Assembly (NCBI GenBank): GCA_034667465.1
Contig: JAXDJV010000013.1
Coordinates: forward strand, 188,303 to 252,302
Direction of reading: 5' to 3'
Length of the DNA stretch: 64,000 bases
From: Acidobacteriota bacterium
Lineage (GTDB): Bacteria; Acidobacteriota; Thermoanaerobaculia; Gp7-AA8
Shown: in pieces, positions 59,947 to 64,000 of the stretch
How the letters are laid out: each line of letters begins with the position of its first letter
Position numbering within the stretch: the stretch's first letter is position 1
Translations under genes and position numbers: made by a program
The notes under the pieces: model-generated
Seen by the model: the letters and a program-made list of their open reading frames with translations, nothing else
Databases searched by the model: none
Told to the model about the DNA's origin: nothing

Positions 59947-60040
59947 CGTCATCCCGAGCGTAGCGAGGGATCCGGGTGGGCGGGGCGAACCGCTCTCTCG
60001 TGCCCCGCCCGCCCGGATCCCTCGCTACGCTCGGGATGAC
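59944..60040. terminator. Very long GC-rich perfect hairpin (about 40-nt arms) immediately after the amidase stop
   Basis: gtcatcccgagcgtagcgagggatccgggtgggcggggc ... gccccgcccgcccggatccctcgctacgctcgggatgac. No clean T-run, so it is REP/terminator-like. Confidence 0.55.
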
Positions 60041-60059
60041 TTCTTGCAGTAAGCTCTGC

Positions 60060-60192
60060 TCGGCTGGGGAGTAGCTACCCTTCACCGGGCTGATCCGTCG
60101 TCAACACGTTGCGAGAGCTTCCGGCGGATCAATCGCGCTGAACGCGCGAAGGCGAGACCACCGCGATTAACCATCGTGGGGTCTCGCTTTTT
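60060..60192 (+). ncRNA. yybP-ykoY (manganese) riboswitch-like leader with an intrinsic terminator, upstream of TerC
   Basis: 'GGGGAGUAGC' (60066..60075) and 'GUCGUCAACACGUUGCGAGAGC' resemble the conserved yybP-ykoY segments. Expression-platform hairpin gcgagacc...ggtctcgc plus ttttt at 60152..60192. The downstream gene is a TerC family member, the canonical regulated family. Confidence 0.6.
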
Positions 60193-60219
60193 CATTTGCG
60201 CGGCTCCACCGGAGGAACT

Positions 60220-61131
60220 GTGCAACTCGGTTTGTGGCCCTGGGTTTTCTTCAATCTCGCTGTCCTCGCTCTCCTCGCCCTCGACCTTGGCGTGTTCCAT
60301 CGCAAGGTCCATGTCGTTTCGGTGCGCGATGCGCTCGGCTGGAGCGCGGTCTGGATCGCGCTCTCGCTCGCGTTCAACGCGCTCATCTACTTCTGGCTCG
60401 GCAGCGGGCCGGCGCTCGAGTTCCTCACCGGGTACGTCATCGAGAAGTCGCTCAGCGTCGACAACATCTTTGTCATCGTGCTGATCTTCGCCTTCTTCCG
60501 CGTACCGGCGGAGCTGCAGCACCGCGTTCTCTTCTGGGGCATCCTCGGCGCGCTGGTCATGCGCGGCGGATTCATCGCCGGCGGCGCCGCGCTGCTCGAA
60601 CACTTCCACTGGGTGATCTACATCTTCGGCGGATTTCTCGTCATCACCGGCATTCGGATGGCGCTCGAGCGCGACGAGTCGTTCGATCCCGCCGACAGCA
60701 TGATGATGCGGATCGCGAAACGGATCCTGCCGGTGTCGAGCGATTACGACGGCCAGCGTTTCTTCACGCGCGTGAACGGACGCCGCGCCGCGACGCCGCT
60801 CCTGCTCGCGCTGCTGATCGTCGAATCGACCGATCTGATTTTCGCCGTCGATTCGATCCCGGCCATCTTCGCGGTGACGTCGAATCCGTTCATCGTTTAC
60901 ACGTCGAACGTCTGCGCGATCCTCGGTCTCCGCTCGCTCTACTTCGCACTGGCCGGGATGATGTCGAAGTTCGTCTACCTGAAGCTCGGCCTGTCGGCGG
61001 TGCTGACGTTCGTCGGCGTGAAGATGCTCCTCGCCGGCGTCTGGCCGATGCCGACGCTCGTGTCGCTCGGCGTGATCATCGGCATCCTCGCGATCGCGGT
61101 GATCGCATCGATCGTGCGAACGAGGCAGTGA
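60220..61131 (+). CDS. TerC family integral membrane protein (Alx/YkoY-like)
   Basis: 'LWPWVFFNLAVLALLALDLGVFHRK'. 'EKSLSVDNIFVIVLIF'. 'LIVESTDLIFAVDSIPAIFAV'. A GTG at 60220 has a GGAGGA Shine-Dalgarno; the listed ORF starts at a TTG at 60196 inside the terminator T-run. Confidence 0.85.
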   Translation: MQLGLWPWVFFNLAVLALLALDLGVFHRKVHVVSVRDALGWSAVWIALSLAFNALIYFWLGSGPALEFLTGYVIEKSLSVDNIFVIVLIFAFFRVPAELQHRVLFWGILGALVMRGGFIAGGAALLEHFHWVIYIFGGFLVITGIRMALERDESFDPADSMMMRIAKRILPVSSDYDGQRFFTRVNGRRAATPLLLALLIVESTDLIFAVDSIPAIFAVTSNPFIVYTSNVCAILGLRSLYFALAGMMSKFVYLKLGLSAVLTFVGVKMLLAGVWPMPTLVSLGVIIGILAIAVIASIVRTRQ

Positions 61132-61875
61132 TCACGGATTGATGGTCATCGAGAACTTGTCGAGCTGCTTCTCTCCGCTGTTGCCCACTCCGTAGAGAAC
61201 GACTTTGTACGAGCCGGGCGCGAGGAACGCGCGCGGCACGAGGATCACGAACGTATCGTTGTCGCGTTCGACGAGCGGGCCGCTCTTCCAGAGCGAGCGG
61301 TCGCGGGCGTCGACGATTTCCAGGCGGTACGCCGCGAAGATCGGCTGCGACATCAGTGGTGTGACGAGCGTGTACGCGTCGCCGCCAGGCGTCAGCGTCG
61401 CGGTCGTTCCTTCGCCGCGATAGCGATCGTCCGGCGACAGGTACCGCGACTCGGAAGCGACGCGCGGACGCCCGAGCTCCAAACGCGCCTGCCACAGCAG
61501 CGCGCCGAAGGTCAGCGCGATCGCAGCGGCAAGTGCGCTCGCGACGCGCCAGAACTGCAACACGCGCGCGCCCGGCTGTGCCGGCGGTGCATACAGATGT
61601 TTCTCGAGCGCGCTCCACCGCTGTTTGAGCTGATCGTCAGAAACGTAACCCGGCTCACCCGGCTTCGGTTCATCCGTCGGGAACGGTGCGGTCAGCGTTC
61701 GCGCAAGCTCGGGATAGCCGGCCAGCAGTTCGCGAATCCGCTCCTCTTCATCGGGCGACAGCTCGCCGCGGCTGTAAGCGAGCATCTCTCTCGCCGTCGG
61801 CGGATCGCCGAGCTGTGCGCGCTTTTCATCGAGCATCCTGCGATGCGCGTCGTGCAATTCGGATTTCGTGATCAT
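61132..61875 (-). CDS. Anti-sigma factor (single-pass membrane protein)
   Basis: Start overlaps the ECF sigma stop (4 nt). N-terminal cytoplasmic segment, TM 'VASALAAAIALTFGALLW', periplasmic domain. Confidence 0.6.
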   Translation of the reverse strand: MITKSELHDAHRRMLDEKRAQLGDPPTAREMLAYSRGELSPDEEERIRELLAGYPELARTLTAPFPTDEPKPGEPGYVSDDQLKQRWSALEKHLYAPPAQPGARVLQFWRVASALAAAIALTFGALLWQARLELGRPRVASESRYLSPDDRYRGEGTTATLTPGGDAYTLVTPLMSQPIFAAYRLEIVDARDRSLWKSGPLVERDNDTFVILVPRAFLAPGSYKVVLYGVGNSGEKQLDKFSMTINP

Positions 61876-62438
61876 TCGTCGTCCTCCGGGAGCTCGTTGT
61901 CATCTCCCAGTCGTTCGCGCAGAAGGCGCTTCGCGTCGCGCAGCCTCGAGCGCACCGCGTCCATCGAGATCCGCAACGCCTTCGCGATCTCTCCGTATTT
62001 AAAATCCTCGAGCCAGAGCTGCATGCACTGTCGCTGGCCCGGCGGCAGTTCCGCGATGGCGTCGTGCAGCAGTTTCCTGTGCAGCGCGTCCTGCTCACGA
62101 TCGGCGTAGTCGCGCTCCGGCGGCGCCGCCGGCTCGTACTGGCTGAAATCGGGATCGTCGATGTTGATCGTTTTCGCGCTGCGCTTCGCCGTATGCAGCG
62201 ACCGCAGGCGATTGAACGCGACGTTCCGCGCGATCGTTTCGAGGAACGCCCATTCGGCTTCGCCTCGATACTCGTCCATCGCTTCAAAGAATTTCAGGAA
62301 CGTATCCTGCGCGAGCTCCTCGGCTTCTTCTTCCGGCAGCCGAAAGGCGCGCACGTAGAAGTAGATGATCCGCCGGTAGTACTTCGCGTAAAGTTCACTG
62401 AACCGGTCGCCATTGCGGCTGCCAAATCGCGTCATCAT
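61872..62438 (-). CDS. RNA polymerase ECF sigma factor (sigma-70 family)
   Basis: Internal ATG 'MMTRFGSRNGDRFSELYAKYYRRIIYFYVRAFRLPEEEAEELAQDTFLKFFE' is region 2. Region 4 'LPPGQRQCMQLWLEDFKYGEIAKALRISMDAVRSRL'. Confidence 0.8.
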   Translation of the reverse strand: MMTRFGSRNGDRFSELYAKYYRRIIYFYVRAFRLPEEEAEELAQDTFLKFFEAMDEYRGEAEWAFLETIARNVAFNRLRSLHTAKRSAKTINIDDPDFSQYEPAAPPERDYADREQDALHRKLLHDAIAELPPGQRQCMQLWLEDFKYGEIAKALRISMDAVRSRLRDAKRLLRERLGDDNELPEDDE

Positions 62439-62467
62439 CGGCCGGTCTCGTTCCCGCGAGCGTATCC

Positions 62468-64000
62468 TGGTTGCTGCGTGAAAAAGCTCGTCTTCATTGC
62501 CCTCGTCCTCTGCAGTTGTGCAATGGCCTGCAGCAGAGAAGACACGAACGGGGTGAAAGGGTGGCGACGCACGACGGAGTCGCGTTTCGCCGGCGTGACC
62601 TGGCAGTCGTGTAATGACGGTCGCTGCGGCAATGCAGCATCGACGGCGAATCGCTCGTGCAATAGCCTGATCGGTTCTCGCGGAGCCGCGGTAAAGCTGT
62701 TTCTCTCCAGCGATTCCTGCATCGACCACGCGATCGCCGCGCTCGAGAATTTCGCGGCCACGGACGCAGCGGCAAAGAGCGATCTGGCCGCGGCGTATTA
62801 CGTTCGCGCACAACGCGATCAGCAGCCGCTCGATCTGCTGCGCTCACTCGATGCCGCCGATGGCAATTCGCCGCAGGCGCTCTTCAATCGCGCACTCGCA
62901 CAGGAAGCGCTCGGCCTCAGCGAAGACGCGATCGGGTCATGGCAGCAACTCCTGAAGCTCGATCGTACCGACTGGACGAACGACGCTCGCGAACACCTCG
63001 CGCGCTTGCACGAGATCGCAGCGAATGACGCCGCTGCACAATGGATTACCGCGAAGGAAGAACTTCCCGATGCCCTTCGACGGGGCGACCGCATCGCCGT
63101 CGCTGCGCTCATCGCGGAATTACCGTTCAGCGCGCAGAAATACTTTGAAGAAATCGCGTTGCCGCGATGGGCGACCGAACCGACACCGGAGCATTTCGAA
63201 GAAGCGCGCCTCCTCGCGACGGAGCTGTCGCAGCGATTGAGAGATCCGTTCGATGTTGAAGCGATTCAGGCGATTAAACGCGCGTCGTCTCAAAATGCCA
63301 CGACGCTGCGCGAGGCTCATCTCCGTCTGGCCGACGCGCGGAAGAATACGCACGTTTACAAGACGAAGAACGCCGCCGAGGCGTATGCGCAGGCGGCGGC
63401 GATGTTCGCGAAGAGCGACAGTCCTTTCCGGCTGCTCGCGGAGCTCGGCAACGCCAACTCGCTGCGGTTCGATCGTCCCAATGACGCGCTCGCAACGATC
63501 AACGAGCTCGAGGCGACAGTGCGGATACACAACTATCCGCATCTCCTCGCTCGCATTCACGGCAATCGCTCGAATCTTCTTTTCTACGAAGGGCATCCGA
63601 TCGAAGCACTGTCCGATCTGGAGAACTCGCTCGACGAATACGAACCTCTCGGCGATCAGGAAAGCATCGATAACACCGCTATTGCGGCGATCGGGCTTCA
63701 CCGCACGGCGGGACAGCTCGACATCGCGTGGCGCGAAGCCGTGCCGGCCGTTCGCCGGGCAATGCGCATCGTCGATACCGCGCGCCGGCACGCGCTCTTC
63801 GGCGAGGCCGCGGCAACGGCCGCCGAGGCCGGATTCCCGCGCATTGGGCTCGCATATCAGAACGCAGCGATCCGTCTCATTCAGCGAAGCCTGATCGCGA
63901 CGGTCGAGCCGGCCGAAATCAGTCATCTGCAATCGAATCTCGCAATGGCATTGCGCGCACGCGCCGGCATCAAGGCAATCGGCCATCTGCCTGATGCGCC
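62468..64000 (+). CDS. TPR-like repeat protein, 3'-truncated at the window end. Absent from the ORF track because no stop lies inside the window.
   Basis: Own translation from GTG 62468 (first ATG at 62513): 'VKKLVFIALVLCSCAMACS...' signal or lipoprotein-like N-terminus. 511 codons without a stop, high GC3, helical repeat-like sequence ('AIAAIGLHRTAGQLDIAWREA'). Confidence 0.5.

Overview
This is a high-GC (about 65-70%) chromosomal window of about 55 tightly packed genes, most likely from a soil Acidobacteria-type bacterium. Support for that lineage: two tandem secreted VWFA proteins of the TIGR03436 'Acidobacterial VWFA-related' type (N-terminal 'VPVTVVDRDGNPVRGLT' motif), a carboxypeptidase-regulatory-like TonB-dependent receptor, and a DNRLRE-domain secreted protein.

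Gene content, in order:
- a 3' fragment of an H+-pyrophosphatase
- a PAS hybrid histidine kinase
- a Hanks kinase co-transcribed with a periplasmic TPR protein and a beta-helix protein
- YjbQ, an FAD disulfide oxidoreductase, a Cu/Zn superoxide dismutase
- a HepT/MntA toxin-antitoxin pair
- a deoxyhypusine-synthase homolog
- a TetR-regulated operon of acyl-CoA ligase, alpha/beta hydrolase, KAS III, SDR and a TonB-dependent receptor
- PspA, a V4R-domain protein, an MBL-rhodanese fusion
- a cNMP/DUF1003 protein, a ClC channel and a MarR regulator
- a DNRLRE-domain protein, a methyltransferase, an SLT-domain protein, and a MarR/cupin pair
- an APC permease fused to DUF805
- a sigma54 two-component pair
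- a MacAB-like efflux system
- MmsA
- a 1074-aa membrane-embedded patatin-like protein
- a tricorn-type protease
- an AAA ATPase paired with a frameshifted DUF4276 gene (candidate AbiL-like defence pair)
- an NCS1 transporter, an amidase
- a yybP-ykoY (Mn) riboswitch-like leader upstream of TerC
- an ECF sigma/anti-sigma pair
- a 3'-truncated TPR-like ORF that the ORF track does not list because it has no stop inside the window

Non-coding content worth noting:
- a family of about 90-bp REP-like palindromes built from GTGCTGA/GTGCAGA heptads at three intergenic sites
- a tandem 14-mer array with a hairpin in front of the MBL-rhodanese gene
- several very long GC-rich perfect hairpins

Many long Arg-rich ORFs in the six-frame track are antisense artefacts of the high GC content and are rejected. 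No tRNA, rRNA, CRISPR array, integrase or transposase was seen.
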